From: Podarcis cretensis
Taxonomy: Eukaryota
DNA: 64,000 bases
Assembly: GCA_951804945.1 (NCBI GenBank)
Contig: OX638150.1
Coordinates: 86,800,001-86,864,000 of the forward strand
Direction of reading: 5' to 3'
The notes beneath the pieces are model-generated. The model made no database searches. It saw only the letters and a program-made list of their open reading frames with translations, and was not told where the DNA came from. The position numbers and the translations under genes were made by a program. Shown here in pieces: positions 62,594 through 64,000 of the stretch. The first letter of the stretch is position 1, and each line of letters begins with the position of its first letter.

Positions 62594-64000
62594 TTACCTG
62601 CAGCAGATGAGGCTTCATTTTGAAGCAGAAGAGCAAAGGGATGGGGAAGAATTTCTGAACTGTTTTCCCTTGAGCCATTATTTCTTTCTTTTTTGGCTGG
62701 GAATTGCTCATGCACACAGTGAAAAGATACAGGTACCACTCGGTTGGCACAAAAGGAAGCGTTTGGCTCTCAGCTGTTATTGCAGGTGTTGTGCTGACTC
62801 CAAAAGCCTGCCTTTGCATGGTAATGTTTTCAGCAATGAGTTTGCATTTACAAGGTACCAGGAATATCAGGCATGCTGAGGGTAGGTAGGGATAGTGGAG
62901 GGGGCTTCACCTAACATAAACTGCCTAATGTAATTACAGGAGCACCTGGGGGTCTTTTGCAAAGAAAGTGGGCAAATAAATGCCAGGGGACAGTTAGGTC
63001 AGCATGACTAGCTGCTTGTAGTAAGCTGGCTAGCTAGGTTGGTGCTTCTTTCCGTCTTTCCTGCTCTGAGATCATTCACAAGCCAATTTGGCTTGTCTTC
63101 AGGTCTACATGTTGCCATTTAAATGTCAGATTTTGTAACCTGCCAAATAATTTGGGTTCACCTTAAAAAAAAAAAGTCCTCAGAGATGTAGATATATCTT
63201 TAAGATATATTTTAAATCTTAAATTCGCTCTCCTGTGGGATTATTTATATATAAATACCTTTTCACTGGTCTTTCTTCACTCACATTCCCACCTTCTCAC
63301 ACAAAGCCAGCCCAGGGGACTCTCAAACAGAGGATTACTGCCTCTTTTGATGTTATTCTAAATGATAAAAAAATTAAATTTAACCATTTTGCAGCTAAGC
63401 ATTTTGCAGCTAGCATAGCTTTCCAGAATTTGATGCCCTCCAGATGTTTTGCACTAAGAGATCTCTGGTGGGATTTGTAGTTCAAAACATCTGGCAGGTA
63501 CCAGGTTGCTCTACTAACATGAGACTATTGGGGGTGGGGGAAAGCTGTAGGAGAGATGGGCTAATTGGGGCAAAGGGGTGGAAGGAGAATAAATTGTATG
63601 TGATGAACTTAGGTAGCTGTTTAAAACAACAACACTCAGAGCTACCAAGGTGGCCTATGTATGATGAGCATATCTGAAGGATAAAGAAAGCATCAAAAAA
63701 TATGGGGTAGCTGGTGGTACTGACTTGTTTTTTTGTTCTGCTGTCAAGCTAACTGGACCAAGTTTATTGTGGAAAATGCTGCTCAGGTGATACCTCTTTG
63801 GGATCCAGACAGCTTCTCTGTGAGAGAGGGAGGGAGGGAGAAAGAGGGAGAGAGGAGGAGATAGAGAGTGCCAGCAGCTTTTCAAACCAAAGTGACTCAG
63901 ATACTGCTTTTTTCCCTCTCCTCATGATGCTTTTACAGGAATTAAAAACCTCTAATCAATTCAGAACAGAAGCTTTTTCTCTCCCTTGGAATAAATTCTC

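Noticed and set aside
1-64000. Naming the host gene, or claiming an endogenous virus or novel multi-gene system
   Set aside because: No recognisable host coding exon, viral protein or operon-like arrangement is present. All interpretable coding sequence is LINE-derived.

Overview
Repeat-rich vertebrate non-coding DNA, almost certainly from a squamate and probably a lacertid lizard. The lineage is inferred from Sauria/Squam1, Squam2-like and Squam3 SINEs, BovB and squamate-type L1/CR1/L2, with family names assigned from recalled consensus sequences rather than a database search. No host protein-coding exon is recognisable: every interpretable ORF derives from a retroelement, and the rest reflect microsatellites or chance. 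The window looks like a large intron or 5' regulatory region of a plus-strand gene, with several candidate non-coding exons, a possible alternative promoter and TE-poor enhancer-like blocks. Many insertions have readable target-site duplications (TSDs): two of three BovB 3' ends, two L1 3' ends, two Gypsy-type solo LTRs, one Sauria SINE, and hAT, Tc1/mariner and Harbinger MITEs. The most notable observations are a rearranged RTE LINE with twin-priming-like geometry, a near-identical inverted Sauria SINE pair about 25 kb apart flanking the candidate exons, a 96-nt fold-back hairpin, a composite MITE that appears to have captured an L2 tail, and a decayed Penelope-type hammerhead motif. I found no convincing novel multi-gene system.
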